From positions 13,764,001 to 13,828,000 of the forward strand of contig OZ365113.1 of assembly GCA_977030845.1 (NCBI GenBank): 64,000 nt of DNA. Reading direction: 5' to 3'. The position numbers and the translations under genes are program-made. Every line of letters begins with the position of its first letter. The first letter of the stretch is position 1. This DNA is from Fimbriosthenelais zetlandica (lineage: Eukaryota). A model generated the notes under the pieces. It did not search any database, was not told where the DNA came from, and was given only the letters and a program-made list of their open reading frames with translations. Positions 28,901-38,975 of this stretch are shown in pieces.

Positions 28901-31900
28901 TCATTATAGAACCATGCAGGACACACATTTCCTAGTTCTGGGCCATGGTTGATCGGTCTGTGGTTATGGGCCATGGTTGAAACTCGAGATTTTATTTTTT
29001 GGAGGCTGCAGGCCGAGACCCCCTATGGCCATGGTCGGATTACATTAATCTATGGGCAGAGAAGAGGGTAATTGTCTGTAAAGTTTATAGACAGGTTGCA
29101 TATTGTCTTTCACAATAATAGTGTTGGTGGTTTTGTGGTTTTTCTACAAGACTTCGTTGCTTAGGTCCAATATCTCCCTGTTCACAAAGACTCGAGAGTT
29201 AGAGGAGCTTCCTATCCAACTCTATTCTGTAGGCCTAACTATGTTGCCTACTCACTCAGTTCAAAAAAACTATGAAGCACTCAGGTTCGAATACCCCTCC
29301 ACCCATGTACACTACCCACTGATCCGCCACAAACAATGGTGTATCAACAATCACAGCACAGCGAGTAAAGCTAAGCCCAGACCCAGACCCAGACCCAGAC
29401 CTGAACCAGACCTGAACCCCAATCCCTCAGCGCTAATCCGCCAAACACCCCTACCCAGTTAATCCTTACGACTCTCTCTCAGTCTAAACCCGTCCTATAA
29501 CTACGGGTACACTAACAGGATCTACGTGTCAAAGTATTTGTATCCAGTTGACTAACTTTTCGAAATTAATCAGAATCGTAGACAGGAATGTCAGGTATGT
29601 CACCAGTCCACAACACCTGATGATCACGTATGAATAAATACTCGATAATTAGCTGGTCTGTTTACAGTATCACACCTGGTAATAGATCAATATGTCCAAG
29701 TACTGATTCATTAGGGACAAAATATGAATAACTCAATACTAAGTACAACCTAGCTTTGTCACAGATACATGAGGTAAATTATTACATCTTGTACTTCTTT
29801 CAGGTATAGGAAGATGCAGATTTTTCGCTTCGAATGTTTCAGTTTATTCAGATTCTATATCTCCGGATCACATTGTTTTAATCTTTGCTTGTAGACACAG
29901 ACAGAGAAGGGGAAGGATATGGTAGACGAGGCCTGCCTGCTGGCTCAGTGCAGTGACTACGAAGAGGTACCTGGTCTAAAAGAACTCACTCAAAAGCTCA
30001 AAAACAAAGTCAAATTCTTCATGACAAAGGTTGACTCGCTCAAGGACAAGATAGCCGATGCCGCCAAGTGCTACTTCTTACTAGACAAGGTAATGTTCTA
30101 TGTTAATTAATATAACATAACATTTTTATCCCTAGGCCTATATTGTAAATATTTCATCTTTTTAAATTGAACTTGTATACCTGTAAAATATAGGACAGGG
30201 AATGTTTGAATTGGAGAAAGTCCAGCCATTACACGATCATGATAATTGTAATAATATGGTATTTGTTCTTCTGATGTTGCAGTCCCAGGAATGGGCCCTG
30301 GACGCCACTAAGTATGTAACGAGTATGAAAACAGAGACGACAGTAACACCTGAGCTGCTTGACAAGCTCTCCACCAGCCTGAACCTGTACCTGAGAGAGC
30401 ATCCTCAGCTTCCTGACTCCTCCTACACCACCATGTTAGAGCTGGCCTGTAAACTGGAGGATGACAATGATAAGCTTCCTGAGATGTGCCGGGTGGCTCA
30501 GTCCCGCTGTACGGACATCTCTAACATGTTGAAGACCCGGCAGCAGGACTTACAGAAAGCCAGGAACCAGCTTCAGCTGGAGGAACAGAGACGCGCGTCT
30601 CTGGCCAAATCTCATGCTAGCCCACTATTCGGGCCTGATCTCAATGAGCCTGTGTGGTCCCCTCATACTGACTATACTGACAGTGTAGAGAGCATGATGG
30701 CTTTACGTCGCCGGTCCTACGCTGGTCAACCATCCGCTCCTATCTACAGCCCTGCCGCTCAGGCCTTCCGCGACGGCGTCCGCGACGTCAACCTATCAGA
30801 ATGTGAGGAGCGACTCTTTCGCGAGGGACTCATAACTGAAGATCTATCTGACCGTGTAGTGACGTCATTACCTAAAGGCTTGTCAAGCTCTGTGATGAGA
30901 AGTTCACGGGAAAGCCTTCATGGTTCCAAAGAGAACCTGAGAAACAGTAGTGACAATATATCCCGGGAACAAAAGAGCAACTCCTTCCCCCGGGAGATGT
31001 CCTCCTCTTTTCTAGACTTTGGTGAGGGGCAGGTCCCACCGCAGTCAGCCCGAAAGAGCAGCAGACCGCTGAAAAAGTTCATGAGGAGGACACAGAGTGT
31101 ACTCACAGGAGCAGAAGGCGAGGTACTCGATCACCAAACAGCGGCTGAACATATTAAAAGCGATCCACTTCATGTGATTGGTGGCAGCTCTGAGAGTCTA
31201 CCAAGGTAAGTGATGCTTCCATCCAGATCATTGAAATTAGATAAGTAGTAAAATCCCTCTGATTATTAAGAGTCCATATTAAATATTTCGGCTTCTGTTT
31301 CCTTAAATAAAACCAAGTTTATACTTGAAAGTGGATTCAAAGCCTAATTGTGAGGGGAGTCTCCCTTGCTACCTCCCATGATTTCACTGGCATGTTCTAC
31401 TTTTTCTGCAGCATGCCAGAAGAGGAGGACCTTGCCAACAAAGGCGAGCAAGGGGGCGGAGAGGAGCAGGAGAATGTGGAAGGTGGTGGTGGTGGTGGTG
31501 GGGGTGGTTTGAGGAGCAGTAAGTTCCAGTGGTCACCACTCCCCGTTAATACCACACTAGCCCGTCAACACGGAACACTACAGTCCTACCACTCCATGGC
31601 CGACCTCAGGCTCACGGATGAGGAAATGAAGAGGAGAAGGTGAGTGAAATTAACCTTTAAAACATTCTCATTTTTACTTCCTGCTTCCTTTCAATGGCTT
31701 ATAATTTCCTTGGGCAAACTCCATACCTAAACTTCATTGACTTATTTCCGAATTCAGATTGCATAAATATATCCCCAGTCTTTTCGTCTATGTCATCAGA
31801 TTTAAATGTGTATATAGAACCTTCATGGATTTGCCTGAACTTGAATACATTGTACTATGGTAGTATTAGTTTGTAAAACAAAAATCTCTGAAAAATAGAT

Positions 31901-34900
31901 CTTCTGAAGTAGAATATCAGAGAAGCTTTCTTATATTTTTCGCCTCAGTTTTATAGTTGTTTTGCTTTATTAAATTGAAGCATGTTTGGATTGAGCTGTT
32001 GGGTTAAATTCAGCAGTACAATGTGTAGAGGAGGTAAACAGTGTTTGGCCTTGTTAATCCAGAACGCTGGAACTGATCATGAGGGAAATGATTGATACGG
32101 AGCAGCACTACGTCCGCTCACTCAGTTACGTCGTCGACCACTACATCCCTGAGCTGCTCCGTGACGACGTGCCTCAACCGCTCCGGGGCAAGCGAAACGT
32201 CATCTTTGGTAACCTGGAGCAGATCCACACCTTCCACTCACAGTACTTCCTCACTGCCCTCGAGCAGTGTGAGGTGCAACCATTCCAGATCTGCCACTGC
32301 TTCCTCCAACATGTGAGTCATGACTAATCAACTATAAAGCAATGTAATGTCTTTCATGGCATAAATATTTTGTTATTTTGTTACACTGTTCAATCTTATG
32401 ATGCATGGTAATTAAATTTTCTAATCATTTTTGTAATTGGGAATATAACAAAATGTAATTAGGATTTTTAAAAAAAACTTAATTAATCTGTTTGGTTAAA
32501 CTGCTGGAAGCTTCTGTAACTATGATTCTTTTGGAGATATTTATAAGGAAATGTTCTTGTTACAGGCCCAGGAATTTTATTTATATGCCTTGTACAACAA
32601 GAACAAGCCAAAGTCCGACGAGCTGATGAGCGAATACGGAGCCAAATTCTTTAAGGTGAGTCACACTTTGTAATGCCCTCAAATGACACGGTATACTTGA
32701 ATGGACAATAGTGATCTAGGCTGGAAATTCTTATTTGTATACTTAAGATACAACAGACAAATATTATATGGGTTGCGCCATCTAATTTGAATAATATTTC
32801 TCCCTATAGAGAAAACAACAAAAGTTGTCAGACAGGATGGATCTGAGTAGTTACTTGTTGAAGCCTGTACAGAGGATGGGCAAGTACGCCCTGCTCCTCA
32901 AACAGATCATCAAGGAATGTCCAGAAACAGAACCTGAACATGCTGATCTCAAGGTGAGAAAAACAAGTCTTCCTCATTTAATCTCATTTCCTAAATAGGA
33001 TACCTTTTGTCTTTAGAATATTCAAATTTAGAAGTTCTACTTTCCTCGTGCTGATTTTCAATCAAATATAAAATAAACGCCACCAAGTTTAAAATAACGC
33101 CACCAAGTTTCGAGGCTAGAATCATTGGATCTCTCAGTCATTATTTCTGCTGTAAAGTGGTACTTGTTTACGTTGCAGTCTGCCTTAGAGATGGTGAAGT
33201 TCCAGCTACGTCATGGTAACGACCTCCTCGTCATGGACTCGCTCCGTGAGTGTGACGTCAACCTCCAGGAACAAGGTCGTCTGCTACGTCAGGATGAGTT
33301 TCTTGTCTGGGTCGGACGCCGGAAGTGCGTCCGCCGTGTCTTCCTGTTCGAGGAACTCATTCTCTTCAGTAAAACTAAACGTAGTACTAGTGGTCATGAT
33401 ATCTATATCTACAAGAACGCTGTGAAAATGTCTGACATTGGTCTCACAGAGAATGTAGCTGATAGCCAGTTTAAATTTGAGATTTGGTTCAGGAGGAGGA
33501 CTGACGGAGCAACGACCAAGCTTCAGGCCCCCAACATGGACGTCAAGTCAAACTGGATTAGAGACGTCTCCAGGTTACTATGGAAACAGGCTATCAAAAA
33601 TAGAGGTACTAGTGGAAGACTGCACTTTCTCTCTTTGAAAAGTGTCTTTTGTTGCATACTCAAAGAATTGAGATCCATATATGGGAATATTCTAAAGCAG
33701 GTCTTATTTTTTTCAGAATTAAGGTTACAAGAGATGGCTAGAATGGGTATTGGTAGGAAGCCATGTTTAGACTTGAAACCTAGTGAAGACAACATCAATG
33801 ATCGGTTTGTCAGAGCCACTTCAACTAACAAAGGTAGGTTTCCCCTAACACCAGTATCCGAGTCTAGTAGAAGCTTATAGACCTTAGTATAGATCCATAT
33901 TTATGGGGATTTTTCATCATGAGTGAACGAGTAATAACTGCCTGGTTCATGGTTCATGGTTCGCCTCCCCAATAAATTCTTTGAGAATGAATTTTGGTAT
34001 AATGTAGACACCAATTTTTCCTATAGTTGCGAGGTCGAGGAATTCGATAGCTGTGTCGACTTTTGAGCATTTGAAGAATGGTAACAAGCGTCCTCACTCC
34101 ATCATCTCTGTCAGTAGTACCTCGTCCTCCAACAGTAGTCAGTCCTCCTCTGGCCTCCCGCAGCCGGCCACCGCTGGGACGCCCCTTCTCCTCCATGGTG
34201 CTACGCAGATGGCCGGGGGTGGTGGTTCCACGGAGGATGGTCACTTCAAGTCCCCTCAGCGGAGTATCAGGACTCTCACACTGTATACACCAGGTAATTA
34301 ATACTCATCTAATAACCTTATACTGTAGGTGGGCCCATATCATCTAATAACCTGACCCTATACTGTAGGTGGGCCCATATCATCTAATAACCTGACCCTA
34401 TACTGTACGTGGGCCCATATCATCTAATAACCTTATACTGTAGGTGGGCCCATATCATCTAATAACCTGACCCTATACTGTAGGTGGGCCCATATCATCT
34501 AATAACCTGACCCTATACTGTACGTGGGCCCATATCATCTAATAACCTTATACTGTAGGTGGGCACATATCATCTAATAACCCTATACTGTAGGTGGGCC
34601 CATATCATCTAATAACCTGACCCTATACTGTAGGTGGGCCCATATCATCTAATAACCTGACCCTATACTGTACGTGGGCCCATATCATCTAATAACCTTA
34701 TACTGTAGGTGGGCCCATATCATCTAATAACCTGACCCTATACTGTAGGTGGGCCCATATCATCTAATAACCTGACCCTATACTGTACGTGGGCCCATAT
34801 CATCTAATAACCTTATACTGTAGGTGGGCACATATCATCTAATAACCCTATACTGTAGGTGGGCACATATCATCTAATAACCCTATACTGTAGGTGGGCA

Positions 34901-35430
34901 CATATCACCTAATAACCCGACCCTATACTGTAGGTGGGCACATATCATCTAATAGCCCTATACTCTAAGTAGCCCGACCATTCAGGTGGGCATTACTAGA
35001 TGTTAATGCTCCATCCATACAAGTAGAAAATAGTTAATTCCAAACAGTTTAACTAAGTAATGCTAAGTAATAAATTCTGTTCATTACAGAGAGAATAGTT
35101 GAAGCTCCGTCGTCGCCCACCTCTCCGTCGTCAGCCACTATGACGGACTCGTGTACACAGACCACACTAAAACGTCCTCCACGCGCTCCTCGCCATGGCT
35201 CCTCCTCCTCCTCCACCATCTCCCTCACTCCTACCTCCCAACCACACTCACTGAGCACAGATGTGAGTACTGGTAGGCCTGCATATTTTATATCTACTTC
35301 TTTTCTTTTTCATTACCTGAAATACGTTAATTAACAGAGATCTTATTGTATTTTATTGTAGGTTTTTGTAGGAATATTTAACTGCTCTTCTGAAGTTAAA
35401 ATTTGTTTCATACTTGTCTTGCAGGTATAG
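10494..35430 (+). CDS. PLEKHG4: Multi-exon RhoGEF, PLEKHG4/puratrophin-1-like (Sec14-like + spectrin-like repeats + DH + PH), about 1452 aa; whole-gene span
   Basis: 20 exons with canonical AG/GT sites join in one frame (sum 4359 nt, divisible by 3). Recognisable motifs: Sec14-like SGIAVYSG...LPSELGGQLQHNHRQWVVFR; DH EMIDTEQHYVRSL...IFGNLEQIH...YLLKPVQRMGKYALLL; PH QGRLLRQDEF...RRVFLFEELILFSK; family-type post-PH motif MGIGRKPCLDLKPS. Exact orthology within PLEKHG4/PLEKHG4B/ARHGEF40 not resolved. Further upstream coding exons outside the window are not excluded. Confidence 0.9.
15921..15938 (+). CDS. PLEKHG4: Candidate 18-nt in-frame microexon of the RhoGEF
   Basis: tgctaat branch point, ccttgccctttttcctttccatacag acceptor, CGCGTAGGATCGTGCTGA, gtaagt donor; phase 1-1, no stop. 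Confidence 0.6.
   Translation, partial: RVGSC
16799..16927 (+). CDS. PLEKHG4: RhoGEF exon (GGGEGMMAEG...ESGIAVYS), start of Sec14-like domain
   Basis: ttatacag acceptor, G|gtgagt donor, phase 1-1. Confidence 0.85.
17802..17925 (+). CDS. PLEKHG4: RhoGEF exon (YADSHGSRLVGIL...LFLYYRSLP), Sec14-like
   Basis: tgtttccag acceptor, AA|gtaagt donor, phase 1-2. Confidence 0.88.
18051..18150 (+). CDS. PLEKHG4: RhoGEF exon (GENRNKGFTLIVEARG...IYMIH), Sec14-like
   Basis: tactaac branch point and tctttttcag acceptor, CAT|gtaagt donor, phase 2-0. Confidence 0.88.
19229..19333 (+). CDS. PLEKHG4: RhoGEF exon (ETCPDAIAIVHLL...QLNIK)
   Basis: tttttttcag acceptor, AAA|gtcagt donor, phase 0-0. Confidence 0.87.
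19745..19861 (+). CDS. PLEKHG4: RhoGEF exon (IDLVTSLETLYKFVPPPHLPSELGGQLQHNHRQWVVFRR), end of Sec14-like domain
   Basis: ctccacag acceptor, CGG|gtcagt donor; matches the Sec14/CRAL-TRIO C-terminal LPxELGGxLxxxHxxW pattern. Confidence 0.9.
20865..21115 (+). CDS. PLEKHG4: RhoGEF exon (QLDPLLMECQRL...VSLDY), spectrin-like helix
   Basis: atatttcag acceptor, AG|gtatat donor, phase 0-2. Confidence 0.87.
21239..21641. mobile_element. MITE of Tc1/mariner(pogo)-type, about 403 bp, intronic
   Basis: Perfect 25-bp TIR CCGTACTTGCCGGTGTATAACGCGC / GCGCGTTATACACCGGCAAGTACGG; TA duplication on both sides; internal repeats of gcgcgttatacaccgg. Confidence 0.9.
22643..22781 (+). CDS. PLEKHG4: RhoGEF exon (ESMEYAQCL...RRLKLQQCLQLRLFEDEASQ), spectrin-like
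   Basis: ttttattacag acceptor, CAG|gtaggc donor; RRxKLQQCLQLRLFE is a spectrin-repeat junction pattern. Confidence 0.9.
22820..23086. mobile_element. MITE with ~95-bp TIRs (TAGAG...CTCTA), TA target duplication, intronic
   Basis: Left tagaggtttttcatgagacgtccaaggcgtc...ttttggacgtatagcactgcac is mirrored on the right at about 85-90% identity; flanked by TA. Confidence 0.85.
23606..23728 (+). CDS. PLEKHG4: RhoGEF exon (VIGWLDTEGEKCI...EFDKFYFAAT), spectrin-like
   Basis: tctacctcag acceptor, ACA|gtaagt donor, phase 0-0. Confidence 0.9.
29895..30089 (+). CDS. PLEKHG4: RhoGEF exon (TQTEKGKDMVDEACLL...CYFLLDK)
   Basis: ctttgcttgtag acceptor (alternative in-frame cag 6 nt downstream), AAG|gtaatg donor. 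Confidence 0.88.
30283..31205 (+). CDS. PLEKHG4: RhoGEF large exon (SQEWALDATKY...SSESLP)
   Basis: Lies within ORF 30202-31209; gttgcag acceptor, AG|gtaagt donor, phase 0-2. Confidence 0.9.
31412..31639 (+). CDS. PLEKHG4: RhoGEF exon (MPEEEDL...poly-Gly...EEMKRR)
   Basis: tttttctgcag acceptor, AG|gtgagt donor, phase 2-2; poly-Gly encoded by a GGT microsatellite. Confidence 0.87.
32063..32312 (+). CDS. PLEKHG4: RhoGEF exon, DH domain N-terminal part
   Basis: TLELIMREMIDTEQHYVRSL...IFGNLEQIHTFH; ttaatccag acceptor, CAT|gtgagt donor. Confidence 0.95.
32566..32655 (+). CDS. PLEKHG4: RhoGEF exon, DH domain (AQEFYLYALYNKNKPKSDEL...FFK)
   Basis: ttgttacag acceptor, AAG|gtgagt donor. Confidence 0.95.
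32810..32953 (+). CDS. PLEKHG4: RhoGEF exon, DH domain (RKQQKLSDRMDLSSYLLKPVQRMGKYALLL...DLK)
   Basis: ccctatag acceptor, AAG|gtgaga donor; canonical DH LLKPVQR motif. Confidence 0.95.
33179..33605 (+). CDS. PLEKHG4: RhoGEF exon, DH end plus PH domain
   Basis: SALEMVKFQLRHGNDLL...QGRLLRQDEF...FLFEELILFSK...FEIWFRRR; G|gtacta donor, phase 1. Confidence 0.93.
33717..33833 (+). CDS. PLEKHG4: RhoGEF exon (LRLQEMARMGIGRKPCLDLKPSEDNINDRFV...)
   Basis: ttttttcag acceptor, G|gtaggt donor, phase 1-1. Confidence 0.9.
34027..34293 (+). CDS. PLEKHG4: RhoGEF exon, Ser-rich C-terminal region (ARSRNSIAVSTF...RPHSIISVSSTSSS...)
   Basis: tttttcctatag acceptor, G|gtaatt donor, phase 1-1. Confidence 0.88.
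34306..34964. repeat. Intronic minisatellite, 17 units of 35 or 40 bp plus a partial unit, with higher-order structure
   Basis: Unit catctaataacc(tgacc)ctatactgta(g/c)gtgggc(c/a)catat; order 35-40-40 recurs. Confidence 0.97.
35090..35262 (+). CDS. PLEKHG4: RhoGEF penultimate coding exon (RIVEAPSSP...DSCTQT...LSTD)
   Basis: tcattacag acceptor, GAT|gtgagt donor, phase 1-0. Confidence 0.85.
35425..35430 (+). CDS. PLEKHG4: RhoGEF terminal exon coding part: GTA TAG (Val-stop), followed by 3'UTR
   Basis: Acceptor tacttgtcttgcag ends at 35424; gives C-terminus STDV*. Confidence 0.72.
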   Translation, partial: V

Positions 35431-37271
35431 CCTCTAGTCGGATTTGCCAGAATTCGCTGTGACAACTCTATCTCCTAATAACAAGACTTAAACTCGATGG
35501 TTGGACGCTTAAGTTATTACTCTACGCACTGTATGCCTTGGATCTCTGTGTAGCTAAAAAGTGGACTGAAATTGATGAGGTAACGTTAAATATTGCTAAT
35601 TTTCTGGCAAAATTAGAGTGTAGTGCCTGCTCAGAAAAGAGCTTCCATAGTGAAAAATGTATATTTGTGATATCTCTTCAGCAGAGGAGCTGAATGATTA
35701 CAAGTGTTAATACTTGGAATAGATCAACATGTATCTAGGCTTGTATCATAGACTCTGGCCATCTGATGACGTTAGGCACATTGGTGCTCCAATGAGCCAG
35801 TACTGCAATTACTACATATTTTCCAACATGTACAGTACATGTGTAGAGGGTGGATCCAAAATGCATATGTATAGTAAGAGTCTGCACTGGTTACATTGAT
35901 TGGTGTAAAAACGCTGGTAAAGGAATCAGTATCGTAGAAAAGAAACTTATGGGTGTGTTTGAGACTAGATCAAAATATCCTCAAGTACCATCATCTCTCA
36001 GTTGTAAATAGGACTTTAGGGTTGTCAAAATGTTACTGTTACTTTTCTGCTATGAAGAAGAAACTATCTGTAACCATTGATGGACGTTGACTAAATTAAG
36101 GAAGTGTATAGTTACTGTTTGTTAAATAGTCAGGATCTTGATGACTATGTCCATCATCGGCTTGTGATACAGGTGCCTTTAGACTTATAGGGATGTATAT
36201 ATATATGTTTTAAGCCCTGGTCTAGCAAGGTTTAACGGTGGCCAAAATGCAGGGGTGTTATTAGTTCACTGTTGGGTGCCTTGGTGCACTATAATTGTTA
36301 GCCTAAATGACCGTAAAACTTCAAGAAAGAGATTAATTATAGCTAGTTTTAAACTGAATGGGTAAACATGAAACATAAATTTCATTTTATAGATGATTGT
36401 CATAGATTATTTAAAAATCGCCTGTATTAAAAATATAAAGGTGTGTATTTTTATTTGCCTCAAAAATTGTTATCACTGTTTCGTTGCCAAGGCTGAGGAA
36501 CAGCCATGTCACAAAGTGTTCACTACAGAAATTTTCAGCAAGACTTTTATACTAATTTGATTATTATTCCTTGAAGGAGAGGATAGAGAAAAGATATTTC
36601 AATAATTTTAATTGTTGGAAACAACTGACTTATTTTCTTGAAGATTTTACCAACATGGTGCTAAAATCTTGTCGACATAATATATTATATACATTTTATA
36701 AGAAATGGTGGATGAAAATGTGTAAAAGCCATTCCGTTAATTTTTTTCCCACAACGTTTTTATATAAAGGAAACATTTTATTCTTTGAACAAAATACGGA
36801 ATAATAGTGGCCTTGATTGTATGGTAGGGACTAGGTGAAGCCACGTTTGTAATAGGTTTAATTGTGACTGTATGTCTTGGTATATTCATTTTACCTGACT
36901 CAAGGGAGAGATCCGTGGCTGGCGACGCCATTAGAGTTTCATTATAGAAAAATAGCGTCGTTAAGTTTCAACCACTTTCATCCTGTTACCGTACTTAAAT
37001 CAATGTAAAATCGCTGCGGGGTAAAGCATTACAAAAGGTCATTTTTACAGTGTATGTAACATATCGTCCGTCCAAGCTGGCTAAGATTCGTTTCGTTAGT
37101 ACAAATATTTGTATATACACCGGGTATATAGCTAAATTTTCCTTGAGCTATGTTTCATTTTAACCTGCTCAGTTTCGGACGATAGCCTTTGGTTGGTTAT
37201 GTACATTTGAGTTAATCCATTTTCATTTCCACTGTAAAGTACCGTATTTATTGCCTGTACATTTTTCACAA

Positions 37272-37277
37272 AATAAA
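37272..37277 (+). terminator. Probable polyadenylation signal of the RhoGEF (3'UTR about 1.85 kb)
   Basis: AATAAA at the end of a long U-rich stretch, followed by a U/UC-rich downstream element (tgcctcttgtctcttgcc). Confidence 0.5.
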
Positions 37278-37622
37278 TATGAAATGAAAAATCTAATTAT
37301 TGCCTCTTGTCTCTTGCCTCATTTTAACAAAAATTGATTGGCTAGAACAGCTAGCTTGGTTCTTCCATAGAGATCAATGCTAAAGATTAGTTTTAGGCCT
37401 GATAGGAGATGATTAGGCACGGAAATGAGTAGGCCGAAATTCCAAGAAAATGTTAGATCCCAAAACCTAATTGGTGGGAGTGCAACCCCGATAACCCCTC
37501 TTCTGAATGCGCCATTGAGACATGGGCCAGGTCGACAAGAACTCCCATCGTTGGAGGTGAAACATAGCTGGCTAGTTCATGTTTTCGCCGCTGTAAGTCT
37601 CGGAGCAGCGAAAAATTCATTT

Positions 37623-37693
37623 AAAAGAGGTGGAATCGAACCCCCGATCCTTCGCGCTCCAGGCCAGTGGCTTACCTCTAAGCTACCAGGCTC
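37623..37693 (-). ncRNA. tRNA-derived Pol III-like unit (tRNA pseudogene or SINE head), not a canonical tRNA
   Basis: A-box-like GGTAGCTTAGAGGTAAG, D stem GCTT/AAGC, B box GGTTCGATTCC, followed directly by TTTT; acceptor stem truncated. Confidence 0.6.
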
Positions 37694-38708
37694 ATACATT
37701 CGCTGTAGCTCTCAGGTCATACATTAGACCCTGCCCAGTGCAAGGCTGAATCACAACGCTTATAATTATTTTGACCCCCGGCCCCCTTCCCCTTCCCCGA
37801 ACCTCCAACCCCAACCCCATGTCTATCCCTAGCACTGTTATAAACTCACTCTAAAACCCCCAGCCCGATTTGAAACGGCTAACCTGTCATAATCCCTTGG
37901 AATAGCCCACTGTGTAGGTACTGTCCATAGGCGCCAATGTTAAAAATTTCTTTAGCCCCCCAGACCCCTCCCCGGCCCCCAACCTCCACACCAACCTCCA
38001 TGTCTACCCCCAGTACACACCCCAACATCCTCCAAAAAATTCAGCCTGATCCATTGCCTCTAACCTGTCTAAATTCCTTGTTTTCCGTAAAAGTGCACGC
38101 TCCATAGGCACAATGTTAAAAATCACTCACGATTACAGGAATGTGTGCCACAGAGCCGGTTTGCCAGTCCACTCCAATCGGCTCTTTTCATACTTAATAT
38201 GTGTTATTTTCACTGAAAACAACGGCTATGTATGACTTATTACTTCTACTGATAAATATCAAAAGGGCAGAGACGTAAAACGAAGATAATACCGATTTTT
38301 GCGAAGTTGACAAATCGGCTGTGCGTATACAGGCCTATAATTTGGCCTTTTAAAAACCTTAACAGCGCCCTCTCACTAAATGTCGAAAAAGTTGAATAAC
38401 TTCGTAATTAATTGGTCTAAAATTACAATTCAAACGGATTATTCTTAGTTAGGAGACCCTTCAGATATCTATGTGGTTTTTGTTCCGATAAATTTCATTT
38501 AAAATTTTAGATTTTCAAAATGGACTGAATTTCTTCAATTAGCATTGGAGTCAATGGAAGGAGGCGCCTGAGCGCCAGTGGCGACCCGTGAACGGCGGAA
38601 ACGTGAACTACTATGCGCCAGCCAGCATAGACGGAGTATCTGTCACGGTGAGGCTATTCGCTGGGAGGACGAGGCTTGTCATACAGGCTACAGCCAGCAT
38701 AGTCTGAA

Positions 38709-38975
38709 TGAAAGTGAAGGAACACCCAGCAAGGATAAAGGCCTTGTGAAATTTATGGTAAATAGTGAAGGAACGCCTAGCAAGGGTATATAGGCCTTGT
38801 GATATGTAGGCCTATGGGAAATAGTGAAGGAGCGCCTAGCAAGGGTATAGGCCTGATGATAGGCCTATGTATGGGAAATAGTGAAGGAACGCCTAGCATG
38901 GGTATATAAGGCCTTGTGATATTTATGGGAAATAGTGAACGAACGCCAAGCCCAGGTATAGGCCTTGTGACATAC
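38709..38975 (+). repeat. Five tandem ~50-58-bp units in the foldback core (mirror copy at ~50310-50580)
   Basis: Unit aaatagtgaaggaacgcctagcaagggtatataggccttgtgatatttatggg. Confidence 0.9.

Noticed and set aside
34306-34964. CRISPR interpretation of the minisatellite
   Set aside because: No unique spacers, no cas genes, eukaryotic intron context
30918-35258. Antisense and alternate-frame ORFs over RhoGEF exons (30918-31106, 32092-32316, 33213-33425, 33523-33831, 33954-34244, 35049-35258; likewise 20891-21097)
   Set aside because: Shadows of the GC-richer true coding exons
38578-38793. ORFs in the foldback cores (38578-38793, 50474-50689, 50560-50742)
   Set aside because: Short, run through tandem repeats, and differ between the copies by a frame-changing indel
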